Source: a virus
Taxonomy: Duplodnaviria; Caudoviricetes
Reading direction: 5' to 3' (one strand)
DNA: 64,000 nucleotides
Virus record (IMG/VR): IMGVR_UViG_3300033067_000181
Span: 8,917-72,916 of that record
Positions 19,959 through 29,666 of this stretch are shown here, piece after piece. Made by a program: the position numbers and the translations under genes. Positions within the stretch are counted from its first letter, which is position 1. Every line of letters starts with the position of its first letter. Under the pieces are notes generated by a model that worked only from the letters and a program-made list of their open reading frames with translations, had not been told where the DNA came from and did no database searches.

Positions 19959-22667
19959 ATGGCTTTTCCAAGTACTCCAACTAATAATCAAATTGCTGTA
20001 GTCGACGGTATTACTTATCAGTATAACAGTGTTAAGAATGCATGGATGCGTGTAATGGTTACACCAACACAGCAAGCATTCTCGGACATATCGGTAACTA
20101 ACACAGCAGTTTCTACAAGTACAACAACTGGTGCCTTAAAAGTATCCGGTGGCGCAGGCATTGCTGGCAACGTGCATGCTGGTGCAGTATACGACAACGA
20201 AACTCGTGTAGTTAGCACAAGTTCGGGCACAGGTAATTTATCAATTAGCGGTGCAAGTATTAGCTTGCCCACACACGGCCCTGGTACAAATACATACGGT
20301 AGCAGCACTGCAATTCCGGTTATTACTACAGATACACATGGACGTATTACAGCGGCAACTACAACTGGCATTAGTACCACAATTAACCTAGCAGGTACAA
20401 CTGGAACTGGGTCAATAAGTGGTGGCGAAACTTTAACCTTTACTTCCACAAACGGATTCGTGGTAGCAGTGGCCGGCAACGTTGTTAGCACATCAAGTCC
20501 ACAAAACCTACAAACAACAGCAAGTCCTACATTCGCAGGCATTACTACCACCGGTGCAAGTCAAGTTAACAGCACCTTGGGAGTTACAGGCATTACATCT
20601 ATTACTAACTCTACCCAGAGTACTGGCGCAGGCAACGGTGCTTTAGTAGTAACAGGTGGCGCCGGAGTTGGTGGAGTATCTTATTTTGGTAACGATGTTC
20701 ACATTGTGGGTAACTTGTATGTTCCTAACCTTGTTGCAACATCAACCTCAGTGCTTAACGTTACAAGTCCGTTAGTTTACTTAACAGGAGCACCGTATCC
20801 ATACAACTTTGAAATTGGTATGTATGGACATTTCATTGGTGGCGGCGCCAACGTATATGGCCACAGTGGAGTAGTTAGAAATCATAATAATAACCGTTGG
20901 GTGTTCTTTAGTAACATTGCAACAGAACCTAGCTCCACTACCATTGACTTTACTGATCCTGGTGCAATTTACGATACTGTACAGGCTGGTGGATTGATAC
21001 TATCAAACTCCACGGCCAGCACAAGTACAACCACTGGGGCACTAGTAGTAACAGGCGGCGCAGGCATAAGTGGTAACCTGAACGTTAACAGTGCGGGATA
21101 CTTTGGTTATAATGCCGCAGCAACTACGTTGGTTAACCCAAGTATTGTTGGAACAAGTTCGAGTCAAGCAGTTAACGCCGGGCAGTTCTACGTTCAAAGT
21201 GCGTTGATTAACACCAACGCAACTGGCTCGTCTGATATTGTTGCATATCCAAACAACACCACAGATGGCTTCACTGGCTTTATGGACATGGGCTTCACTG
21301 GCAACTTGTTTGCTGACCCGGCCTATACAATTACAAAAGCCAACGATGGTTACTTATTTGCAAGTGCAAGAAGCGGTTCTGCACTTGGCGGTAACTTGGT
21401 ATTAGCAACTGATAGCACAGGCACATACAACGATATTGTTATTGCTACTGGAAGTTTCTATGCAGAGTCAGAAGTTGCACGTTTCCGCGGTAACGCGAGC
21501 ACAAGCGGTTACTTCCAAGTAACAACAGGTACAGCCGCAACTAGCACTTCAACAGGTGCAGTACGAGTAGACGGTGGTGTTGGCGTAACAGGTAACTTAT
21601 TTGCTGGTTCATTGTATTCGGACAACTACAAGTATGCAAACGGCAATCCTTTTGTGTCTACTACAATTGGTAACACTGCTGATATTACAGCAAACGTACC
21701 AAGTGGTAACAACGTAGGACTAAGTTTAACATCTACTGGCGTAACAGCAAACACTTATGGTAGTGGTACTGCTATTCCGGTCATTACAGTTGACGCCAAA
21801 GGCCGTATTACAAACGTAACCACAGCATCAGCAAGTTCCACTATTAACTTAGCAGGTACAAGTGGCACAGGTTCTGTGTCCGGTGGCGGCACATTAACCT
21901 TTGCAAGTACAAACGGCATAACAGCAACAGCAAGTGGTAGTACTATTACTATTAGTGACCCACAAGATATTAGAACAAGTGCAAGTCCAACATTCGCTGG
22001 TGGTACATTTAACGGCAACGTAACTCGTTCAAGTCGTCCGTTAATAACTAACTTCTCTGGCAATACTGCTCCTGCTAACCCAATCCAAGGTGATGAATGG
22101 TTCCGTGGTAACACTGGCGCCATCTACAAATACATTTACGATAACGTAAGCAATACCTATAACTGGGTTAACTACAGCAGTGCGTTATATAACGCATCTA
22201 CTAGTGCAACGGCTAACACACTGGCATTACGTGACAGTGCAGGTAACTTAACAGCAACTAACTTCATTGGTGTTGCAAGTTCTGCAAAATATGCTGACTT
22301 GGCAGAGATTTACGAAAGCGATACAGCGTATGAACCTGGCACAGTAGTAGTGTTTGGTGGCGCAAAAGAAATTACAGCAACAACCAAAACACACGATACT
22401 AGAGTAGCTGGTGTTATTTCTACAGACCCAGCGTACTTGATGAATAGCGAAGCAACTGGTTTACCTGTAGCGTTTACAGGGCGTGTGCCTTGTAAAGTTC
22501 ACGGACCAGTTAGCAAAGGTGATGTATTAGTTGCAAGTGCTCACAAAGGGTACGCAGAACGTATGCATGATACACTATATCGTCCAGGTTGCATTTTAGG
22601 CAAGGCACTTGGCGAAGCAGCAGAAAATGAATTTACAACTATTGAAGTTGTGGTAGGGAGATTTTAA
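19959..22667 (+). CDS. Tail fibre with C-terminal peptidase-G2-like autocleaving chaperone domain
   Basis: AKYADLAE...VAGVISTDP...GRVPCKV..GDVLV C-terminus resembles the phi29 gp12-type chaperone. Confidence 0.7.
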   Translation: MAFPSTPTNNQIAVVDGITYQYNSVKNAWMRVMVTPTQQAFSDISVTNTAVSTSTTTGALKVSGGAGIAGNVHAGAVYDNETRVVSTSSGTGNLSISGASISLPTHGPGTNTYGSSTAIPVITTDTHGRITAATTTGISTTINLAGTTGTGSISGGETLTFTSTNGFVVAVAGNVVSTSSPQNLQTTASPTFAGITTTGASQVNSTLGVTGITSITNSTQSTGAGNGALVVTGGAGVGGVSYFGNDVHIVGNLYVPNLVATSTSVLNVTSPLVYLTGAPYPYNFEIGMYGHFIGGGANVYGHSGVVRNHNNNRWVFFSNIATEPSSTTIDFTDPGAIYDTVQAGGLILSNSTASTSTTTGALVVTGGAGISGNLNVNSAGYFGYNAAATTLVNPSIVGTSSSQAVNAGQFYVQSALINTNATGSSDIVAYPNNTTDGFTGFMDMGFTGNLFADPAYTITKANDGYLFASARSGSALGGNLVLATDSTGTYNDIVIATGSFYAESEVARFRGNASTSGYFQVTTGTAATSTSTGAVRVDGGVGVTGNLFAGSLYSDNYKYANGNPFVSTTIGNTADITANVPSGNNVGLSLTSTGVTANTYGSGTAIPVITVDAKGRITNVTTASASSTINLAGTSGTGSVSGGGTLTFASTNGITATASGSTITISDPQDIRTSASPTFAGGTFNGNVTRSSRPLITNFSGNTAPANPIQGDEWFRGNTGAIYKYIYDNVSNTYNWVNYSSALYNASTSATANTLALRDSAGNLTATNFIGVASSAKYADLAEIYESDTAYEPGTVVVFGGAKEITATTKTHDTRVAGVISTDPAYLMNSEATGLPVAFTGRVPCKVHGPVSKGDVLVASAHKGYAERMHDTLYRPGCILGKALGEAAENEFTTIEVVVGRF

Positions 22668-23632
22668 TGGCTTTTCCAGTAGGTCCAACAAACGGACAAC
22701 AATACACAGTTAACGGTGTTACATATGTATATGACTCTAGCTTAGGCGTATGGGACCCACAAGGTTCGGTATCTAGTGCTAGTCCTGTGTCTAGCGTAGC
22801 AGGACGCACAGGTGCAGTTACTTTATCTGCGGCTGACATTGCTACGGGTACTTTCCCTGGTGCAATATCAATGGCTAGTACATTAACAGTTAGTGGGGCA
22901 AGTACATTACAAGCAATATCAGGAACAACTGGTGCATTTAGTGGTGCAGTTACTATGTCGAGCACACTTGGCGTAACAGGTGCGTTGACAGCTGGCAGCT
23001 TTTCGGGTGCAGGTACAGGGCTATCTGGTACAGCATCTTCATTGAGCATTGGTGGTAGTGCAGCGTCTGCAACGTCTGCGGTGTATGTTTATAGAAGTAC
23101 GGTTGATACAGTACCAGCGGTTGTAATTAACAGTGATGGTACATATTACGGGCACATTTCTCGTTCAGGGACACAAACATGGTGTTTAGGGTACGGCGGC
23201 GGTGTTGGTGCAGGAACAACCGCAGTCTTAAACTGGACAACTGGTGGTGTTAACGTTACTGGGTCATTAACTGCAACAACATCTGTAACAGCGTATTACT
23301 CAGATGAACGTTTAAAGAAAAAGATTGGCAAGATTGAAAATGCTCTTGACAAGATTGACGAGCTAAGTGGTTTCTTATACGTAGCAAATGATACAGCTAA
23401 ACAGTACGGATACTCAGACGAAGAAGTACAAGTGGGTTTATCTGCACAAGCTGCTAAACGTGTTCAACCCGAAGTGGTTAAACCTGCACCGTTTGATACT
23501 AATGCCGATGGTACAAGCAAAAGCGGCGAGCATTACTTAACTATTCAGTATGAGCGTTTGGTCCCGTTATTAGTAGAAGGCATCAAAGAATTGCGACAAG
23601 AATTAAATAGTATTAAGCAACAACTCAAATAA
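22667..23632 (+). CDS. Short tail fibre with C-terminal peptidase S74 intramolecular chaperone
   Basis: YYSDERLKKKIGKIENALDKI..LSG and YERLVPLLVEGIKEL coiled coil. Confidence 0.85.
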   Translation: MAFPVGPTNGQQYTVNGVTYVYDSSLGVWDPQGSVSSASPVSSVAGRTGAVTLSAADIATGTFPGAISMASTLTVSGASTLQAISGTTGAFSGAVTMSSTLGVTGALTAGSFSGAGTGLSGTASSLSIGGSAASATSAVYVYRSTVDTVPAVVINSDGTYYGHISRSGTQTWCLGYGGGVGAGTTAVLNWTTGGVNVTGSLTATTSVTAYYSDERLKKKIGKIENALDKIDELSGFLYVANDTAKQYGYSDEEVQVGLSAQAAKRVQPEVVKPAPFDTNADGTSKSGEHYLTIQYERLVPLLVEGIKELRQELNSIKQQLK

Positions 23633-23634
23633 CC

Positions 23635-24294
23635 ATGGCAGTTATATTAGACAACAGCGGTATTACATATAGTGATGGTACTAAGCAACCGGCATCCACA
23701 AACACGTCTGCTGATTATGGGCAATTGATTTCTATTACTGTGTTTACCAGTAACGGTACTTTTACTGCTCCTGCTAACTGTAGAGCTTTGCTAGTAAAAG
23801 TTCAAGGCGGTGGCGGCGGTTCTGCGGGACACTGTGAAGGTGGCGGCGCCGGGGGCTATACTGAGCGTTTTATCCCTGCTATTGGGCCTGGTACTACTGT
23901 AGCGGTAACAATTGGTGGTGGTGGCGGTGGTGTTGGCTACTATGCAGCCGCAGGCGATGGCGGAACAAGTAGCTTTGGTGGATACTGTTCTGCATCTGGC
24001 GGGTATGGTGCTAATAGAAACTATAGTCACACAGGCGGCCATGGCGGCACCGGCGCAGGTGGTCAAATTACAGTAGGCGGTGGTGGCGGTATTGGTCACA
24101 CAAACGGATTCGGCTCATGGGGGCCGCGTGGCGTCCCTACATATTGGGGCGGGAGCTTTGGTACACGTCACAGCGGGGGTGAACAAATTGGTTCTGGTGC
24201 ACCTGGCGGCGGAGCAAGCCCAGGAACAACCGGTAACGGCGGAAGTGGCAAAGCAGGTAGGTCCGGCATGGTTGTTGTTTATGCATACAGTTAA
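23635..24294 (+). CDS. Glycine-rich tail-tip/adhesin protein, paralog 1
   Basis: FTSNGTF...GGGGGS...GGAGGY..GGTSSFG..SASGG pattern. Confidence 0.75.
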   Translation: MAVILDNSGITYSDGTKQPASTNTSADYGQLISITVFTSNGTFTAPANCRALLVKVQGGGGGSAGHCEGGGAGGYTERFIPAIGPGTTVAVTIGGGGGGVGYYAAAGDGGTSSFGGYCSASGGYGANRNYSHTGGHGGTGAGGQITVGGGGGIGHTNGFGSWGPRGVPTYWGGSFGTRHSGGEQIGSGAPGGGASPGTTGNGGSGKAGRSGMVVVYAYS

Positions 24295-24303
24295 GAGGAT
24301 TTT

Positions 24304-24957
24304 ATGGCAGTAACATTAGGATCAAGCGGAGTCACATTCAATGATGGCAGTTCCCAAACTACTACAGCAGGATATGACAGAGGTAGACCCATTAGTATCG
24401 TCTCATTCACTAGTAACGGAACTTATTATGTTCCGGCAAAGTGCAGCACCATTCTTGTACAAATTGTAGGTGGTGGTGGCGGAAGTGCTGGCTACTGTGA
24501 AGCCGGCGGCGCTGGCGGATTTGCTGAAGGGGTGTTTAGTGTTAGCCCCGGTGCATCATATGCTGTTACTATTGGGGGTGGCGGCGGTGGCGTTGGTTAC
24601 TACGCTGGCGCAGGGCGCGGCGGCACAAGTAGTTTCGGGTCATTGATATCTGCTACAGGCGGATATGGGGCAAACAATAATTATAGTCATGGTGGTGGTG
24701 TCGGTGGCACAGGTTCGGGCGGCCAAATTCAGCTCGAAGGCGGCGCAGGATCTGGACACGGTAACAGTGCTAGTCACGGACAACCTGCTGGCGGCGGCCC
24801 TAGCTTCTTTGGTGGCCCTGGTGGACAATATAGATCGACTACTCCGAGTAACTATGGGCCAGCATGGGGCACAGGTGCAACCGGCGGTAGAACAAATGAT
24901 GGCGGGTCGGGTACAACAGGCTGCGGCGGAGTATGCGTAGTATATGCATATACATAA
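24304..24957 (+). CDS. Glycine-rich tail-tip/adhesin protein, paralog 2
   Basis: Colinear with paralog 1 throughout. Confidence 0.75.
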   Translation: MAVTLGSSGVTFNDGSSQTTTAGYDRGRPISIVSFTSNGTYYVPAKCSTILVQIVGGGGGSAGYCEAGGAGGFAEGVFSVSPGASYAVTIGGGGGGVGYYAGAGRGGTSSFGSLISATGGYGANNNYSHGGGVGGTGSGGQIQLEGGAGSGHGNSASHGQPAGGGPSFFGGPGGQYRSTTPSNYGPAWGTGATGGRTNDGGSGTTGCGGVCVVYAYT

Positions 24958-24966
24958 AGGTTAAAA

Positions 24967-26358
24967 ATGGCAGTAACATTAGGTAGAGTAGATAACAATT
25001 TATTATCTCCGGGCACTTGGGCAGCAGGTAACGGTGGTACTGGCATCTTTAGCGCCAATGGCGACACAGGTGAACAAAACAGATACACAGGAACTAACCC
25101 ATGGGGACAATCTGCATTAGTGTGGCAAACAGTACCGTCTGGCAACGGCGGTGCCGACGGTGGATGGAACACAAGTAACTTTTCAGTGGATCAAAACTCG
25201 TTGTATCGTTTTAGTGTATGGGTGAGACGTACAAGTACAACAAGTGGCGGAACCTTCTACTTTGGGCTATACGGCGGCCCGAGTGCTGTAATTAGTTTAG
25301 CAAGTGGTGCCGCCGAAGGTAATCCGTATTGGTATTATCCGGGAACAGGAGCACTTTCCCAAAACCAATGGTACTTATATGTTGGACATTGTTTCCCTCA
25401 ATACCATAACGGTAACCAAGCTCACATTGATAGTGGCGTGTACACAACTGGTAGTGGTACATCAAAAGTGGGCACACTAAACGGCAACATTCCAAACGAT
25501 TGTAAATGGGCCGGCGGAACTACAACTGGTGTTCATAGAACATACCATTACTATTGCGGGGATTCAACAACACGTTTAGAATTTTATTGGCCAAGGGTCG
25601 ACAAGGTAGATGGTAGCGAGCCGTCATTACAGCAGCTTTTAACCACATATACCCCGGGCGATGGTGTACAATTTAGTGATGGCACAATACAAGCAACTAA
25701 GCCGCCTGGGTTGACTACAACTGATTTTCCCGACCGTGGAGACTTAATTAGTGTACAATCATTTACAGATAGCGGCACTTGGTATAATCCCGGGGCCACA
25801 ATGGTACACGTTAAGCTAATTGGTGGCGGCGGCGGCGGCGCAGGGTACTGCGAAGGTGGCGGCGCCGGCGGGTACGCAGAAGGTTTCTACAACGTGACAG
25901 GCGTAGGATCGGTTGCTGTTACTGTAGGTGGTGGTGGCAGTTATGCTGCATATTATACTGCCGCAGGCAACGGTGGCACTAGCAGCTTCGGGGGCTACTT
26001 GAGTGCCAGCGGGGGATACGGCGCAAATCAAAACTACAGTCATAGTGGGGGACATGGTGGTAACAGTTTTGGTGGCGCACAATTCTCAGTGCAAGGTGGC
26101 GCAGGTTGCGGGCACATTAACAGCGTTGGACACTCAACCGCTTCTACAGTAGGCGGTAGCGGATATTATGGAGGTATCGCTGCCCATGTTAGAAATCACG
26201 GCAACCTCGGATGGAACGTACAACACAGTTTTGGCGCAGGCGCACCTGGGTCTGGCGGTGCAGCAAACGTAACAGATTGGGGTTACAGCCACCCGAGAGG
26301 GCACTCAACAGGCGAGTACGGCACCAAAGGAATGGTAACAATTTTTTCATATAGATAA
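24967..26358 (+). CDS. Glycine-rich adhesin paralog 3 with inserted aromatic-rich (CBM/lectin-like) domain
   Basis: C-terminal half colinear with paralogs 1-2; about 225-aa Trp/Tyr-rich insert after MAVTLG. Confidence 0.7.
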   Translation: MAVTLGRVDNNLLSPGTWAAGNGGTGIFSANGDTGEQNRYTGTNPWGQSALVWQTVPSGNGGADGGWNTSNFSVDQNSLYRFSVWVRRTSTTSGGTFYFGLYGGPSAVISLASGAAEGNPYWYYPGTGALSQNQWYLYVGHCFPQYHNGNQAHIDSGVYTTGSGTSKVGTLNGNIPNDCKWAGGTTTGVHRTYHYYCGDSTTRLEFYWPRVDKVDGSEPSLQQLLTTYTPGDGVQFSDGTIQATKPPGLTTTDFPDRGDLISVQSFTDSGTWYNPGATMVHVKLIGGGGGGAGYCEGGGAGGYAEGFYNVTGVGSVAVTVGGGGSYAAYYTAAGNGGTSSFGGYLSASGGYGANQNYSHSGGHGGNSFGGAQFSVQGGAGCGHINSVGHSTASTVGGSGYYGGIAAHVRNHGNLGWNVQHSFGAGAPGSGGAANVTDWGYSHPRGHSTGEYGTKGMVTIFSYR

Positions 26359-26369
26359 CGGAGATAAAA

Positions 26370-26789
26370 ATGGCTATTAAAGGATTAATTCATATTTCAG
26401 AACCTGGCAGAATTTGTGAAATTGTGGAAGCGGGTAACGAGTTTGAAGTACATGAGTCTTTCCAATGGGTAGATCTCCCAGACGGAACAACAGTACACGA
26501 CACATATAACGAAGATGGTACAATAACCAAATTTGATATCGTTCAACAACCAGGTTTTGCAGAAAATGCATATAAAGTTGCACGTGGTATTGCATATACA
26601 GATATTGGTAATCAGTTGGATATGCTTTTTAAAGAGCTTCAGGCCACGGGCACGATAAGTAATACTGGGCCATGGGCAACTCATGTCGCTAGTGTTAAAG
26701 CTGCGATACCAAAAGATGATCCTTACGCAGTTCATGAATGGAACATGCAATACTGGGAATCAATGCAAGGAAATGTTGCCCCACAATAA
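26370..26789 (+). CDS. Hypothetical protein, possible fibre/adhesin chaperone
   Basis: FEVHESFQWVDLPD and R..AY.DIGNQLDML motifs resemble fibre-associated chaperones; GGAG SD. Confidence 0.55.
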   Translation: MAIKGLIHISEPGRICEIVEAGNEFEVHESFQWVDLPDGTTVHDTYNEDGTITKFDIVQQPGFAENAYKVARGIAYTDIGNQLDMLFKELQATGTISNTGPWATHVASVKAAIPKDDPYAVHEWNMQYWESMQGNVAPQ

Positions 26790-26800
26790 AAGGGTAAACT

Positions 26801-28030
26801 ATGATTTTCAAAAAGCGGTTTTCGATCGCACACTACGATCAATTTCACGGCGAGTTTTCAAACACATATTACGAGATAATGAAAAATGCAGATCCAGTTT
26901 ATCTGGAAAGTCTGCATGACATTTATTTCGGCAAGTACTTTTACTACGAATGGCAAGGCCAACAAAAGCGTGCCGGTAACCCAATGGGTGTTGAAGCCAG
27001 CGACGAACAAATTGACTATTTGTTTAAGATACAAGAAGAGCTCGGTGTAGAAATTAGCCTAACATTCAACACTGTTGAAGTCCCTCACGAAATGGTGTGG
27101 GACGAAGAAATTAGAAATCAGTTTGTTGAATGGATTGGCAGTTACTACGACAGAGGTCTGCGTAGTTGTACAATGAGCAGCGAGCATATCTTGCGTATGG
27201 GTGTACTTCAGCAGAGATGCCCGGACATGCGTTGGAAAAGTACAGTTAACCAAATTGTTGCAGACGCACAGCAGTTTATTGATTATGCGTATTTAGGTTA
27301 CAACACTATTCTATTAGATCGCAGCTTGAACAGAAATATTCGAGAGCTAAAGCGTATTAAACGTGCTCAAGATTATTTAAATAGTCTTAACCCACAAAAG
27401 AAGTTAATGACTAGTTTACTAGTAGCAGAAGCATGCATTTACCATTGCCCATTTAAGAAAGAACACGACAGTGTTGGCGAAGTAATTGGAACTAACTATT
27501 TCCGCGGACCAGCAGATCTAAGTTGCAATGGGTGGCGTGGCCACAATGAGTTTGCAGAATTGCCACGCTCTGGTATTAACCTTGTTGCAGGTCAAGCAGA
27601 CACCTTTAAAGAGTTTGCTGACCTAGTTGATATTTTTAAATATTCAGGTCGTTTAACGACTCCTATGTTTAAAGCAGAAGATGCAAAACATATGAAAGCA
27701 GTGTGGTATTACGACAACATTAACAAGTTTAAACAGTCAGTATCCTTTGTTGGGCAAACAGTATATGCTGATAACTTTGATGATGTCATTGAAAACAATT
27801 TAGGACCAGTGCATAACTGGATTCCTGGTTGGATTGACACACGATATACAAAAGATGATTGGCGCAAAACATATAAACCATACACTGGCATCTGGGCAAC
27901 AGATCCGGGTAAGCGTCTTGAAAAAATTCTACGCACATGTCGTAACCAGTGTTGGGACTGTCACGAGTGCGAACGCACATTTGGCATGCAAGATGTTGAT
28001 AGTGCATTACAGTTAAGAAAGGTTGGATAA
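26801..28030 (+). CDS. U32-peptidase-family-like Fe-S protein
   Basis: ILLDRSLNRN, LLVAEACIYHCPF..EH and FKYSGR motifs; C-terminal CRNQCWDCHEC. Confidence 0.6.
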   Translation: MIFKKRFSIAHYDQFHGEFSNTYYEIMKNADPVYLESLHDIYFGKYFYYEWQGQQKRAGNPMGVEASDEQIDYLFKIQEELGVEISLTFNTVEVPHEMVWDEEIRNQFVEWIGSYYDRGLRSCTMSSEHILRMGVLQQRCPDMRWKSTVNQIVADAQQFIDYAYLGYNTILLDRSLNRNIRELKRIKRAQDYLNSLNPQKKLMTSLLVAEACIYHCPFKKEHDSVGEVIGTNYFRGPADLSCNGWRGHNEFAELPRSGINLVAGQADTFKEFADLVDIFKYSGRLTTPMFKAEDAKHMKAVWYYDNINKFKQSVSFVGQTVYADNFDDVIENNLGPVHNWIPGWIDTRYTKDDWRKTYKPYTGIWATDPGKRLEKILRTCRNQCWDCHECERTFGMQDVDSALQLRKVG

Positions 28031-29661
28031 TGCATCACAATGTAAAAAGTATTTGTATCGTTGGCGGGGGTAGTAGCGGGTGGATGACGGCCGCAGCAAT
28101 ATCTAAGATGTTGCCTAATATTAAACTAACTCTAGTGGAGAGCCCCGGGATTCCAACAATCGGCGTAGGCGAAAGCACAATCGGGCACATTAATCAATTC
28201 CTAACAATGTTAGGCCTCAAAGATGAAGATTGGATGCCTCATTGTAATGCAACTTACAAAACCAGCATCAAGTTCATTGACTTTAGAGAAAATCCAACAG
28301 AACAGCCGCACAAGTTTCATTACCCGTTTGGTATCTTGGACTTCACAGACAAACCACGTGGCCCAATGGAATGGTTTTTAGCTAAGGCAGACGACCCATC
28401 TATACCCAATGAAAACTTTGCAGAGTTTTATCACGATGCTATCTTAATGACAGATGCAAACAAAATGACTCGTAATGAAGATTTTAAAGTCCGTGGATTT
28501 AATTTTACCAGCGACACAGCATACCATATGGATGCTGCGTTGTTTGGCGAATGGCTGCGTGACAATATGTGTTTACCTAAGGGCATGACACATGTGTTAG
28601 AAACTGTTGATAAAGTTGTACAGCGTGAAGATGACAGCATCGAAAAGATTACAACCAAAGAAGGTACAAACATTTACGCCGACTTGTTCATTGATTGCAG
28701 TGGATTCCGTAGCATTTTATTAGACCAAACCCTAAACACACCGTTTATTAGCTTCCACGACACGCTGTTAAACGATAGGGCCGTTGCCACAGTTATTCCG
28801 TACATTGATAAAGAAAAAGAAATGGAAAACTACACATCATGCACAGCAATCGAAGCAGGATGGGTATGGAACATTCCGTTATGGCATCGTATTGGTACGG
28901 GATATGTATACAGTAGTAAGCATGCAACGGAAGAGGAAGCAGAAGCACAACTCCGAAAGCATTTAAAAAGCAATCGCATGATCTTCCCGGACGCAGAACG
29001 TGCAGACAATTGCGAAGTTCGCCATATTAAGATTAAACACGGAGTGCATGAACGTGCATGGGTTAAAAACGTAGTTGGTATTGGACTTGCCAATGGGTTC
29101 ATTGAGCCCCTGGAATCAACTGGCTTAATGTTAACTCACGAAGGCATTATAAAGTTGGTTAGTACCTTGCTAATGCGTAATGGCGTTGTTAGTAACTACG
29201 ATGTTGATTTGTTTAACGTTGGATTCCAGGAACAGATTATTGGCTTTAAGGATTTTATTAGCCAACATTATGCGTTGAGCATGCGTAATGACACTCCGTA
29301 CTGGAAAGAAGTGTCCGGGGACATATCATATTCAAGAACAATGTCCTCTATGTCGAGCTTGTCTGGTGTTTCAATACTTGATCACGATGTTAGATCATCC
29401 TCGGACCTAAGTATGCGTATGCACCGGATTCGCAAGTTTGACAATAACATGGGCGGCATTATCTACATTGCAGCAGGCATGGGATATAATCCAGTGGAGC
29501 CAAACTTCTTGCGTTATGAGGATAATAGAGTAGGCGAAAATCCCGAACTCAGACGCCAGGTATACGATAATTGGCTAAAGCATAGAGAAGAAGTTCTCAA
29601 GCACATAGACACGTTACCTACTCATTACGAGTTCCTTAGAGATAATATCCATAATAAATAG
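28030..29661 (+). CDS. Flavin-dependent halogenase (tryptophan halogenase family)
   Basis: IVGGGSSGW, IGVGEST, ATYK (catalytic Lys position), FIDCSGF, WVWNIP and FIEPLESTG. Confidence 0.9.
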   Translation: MHHNVKSICIVGGGSSGWMTAAAISKMLPNIKLTLVESPGIPTIGVGESTIGHINQFLTMLGLKDEDWMPHCNATYKTSIKFIDFRENPTEQPHKFHYPFGILDFTDKPRGPMEWFLAKADDPSIPNENFAEFYHDAILMTDANKMTRNEDFKVRGFNFTSDTAYHMDAALFGEWLRDNMCLPKGMTHVLETVDKVVQREDDSIEKITTKEGTNIYADLFIDCSGFRSILLDQTLNTPFISFHDTLLNDRAVATVIPYIDKEKEMENYTSCTAIEAGWVWNIPLWHRIGTGYVYSSKHATEEEAEAQLRKHLKSNRMIFPDAERADNCEVRHIKIKHGVHERAWVKNVVGIGLANGFIEPLESTGLMLTHEGIIKLVSTLLMRNGVVSNYDVDLFNVGFQEQIIGFKDFISQHYALSMRNDTPYWKEVSGDISYSRTMSSMSSLSGVSILDHDVRSSSDLSMRMHRIRKFDNNMGGIIYIAAGMGYNPVEPNFLRYEDNRVGENPELRRQVYDNWLKHREEVLKHIDTLPTHYEFLRDNIHNK

Positions 29662-29666
29662 TAGAT

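Noticed and set aside
23635-26358. Diversity-generating retroelement template/variable repeat pair
   Set aside because: No reverse transcriptase in the window, and paralog differences are not adenine-specific
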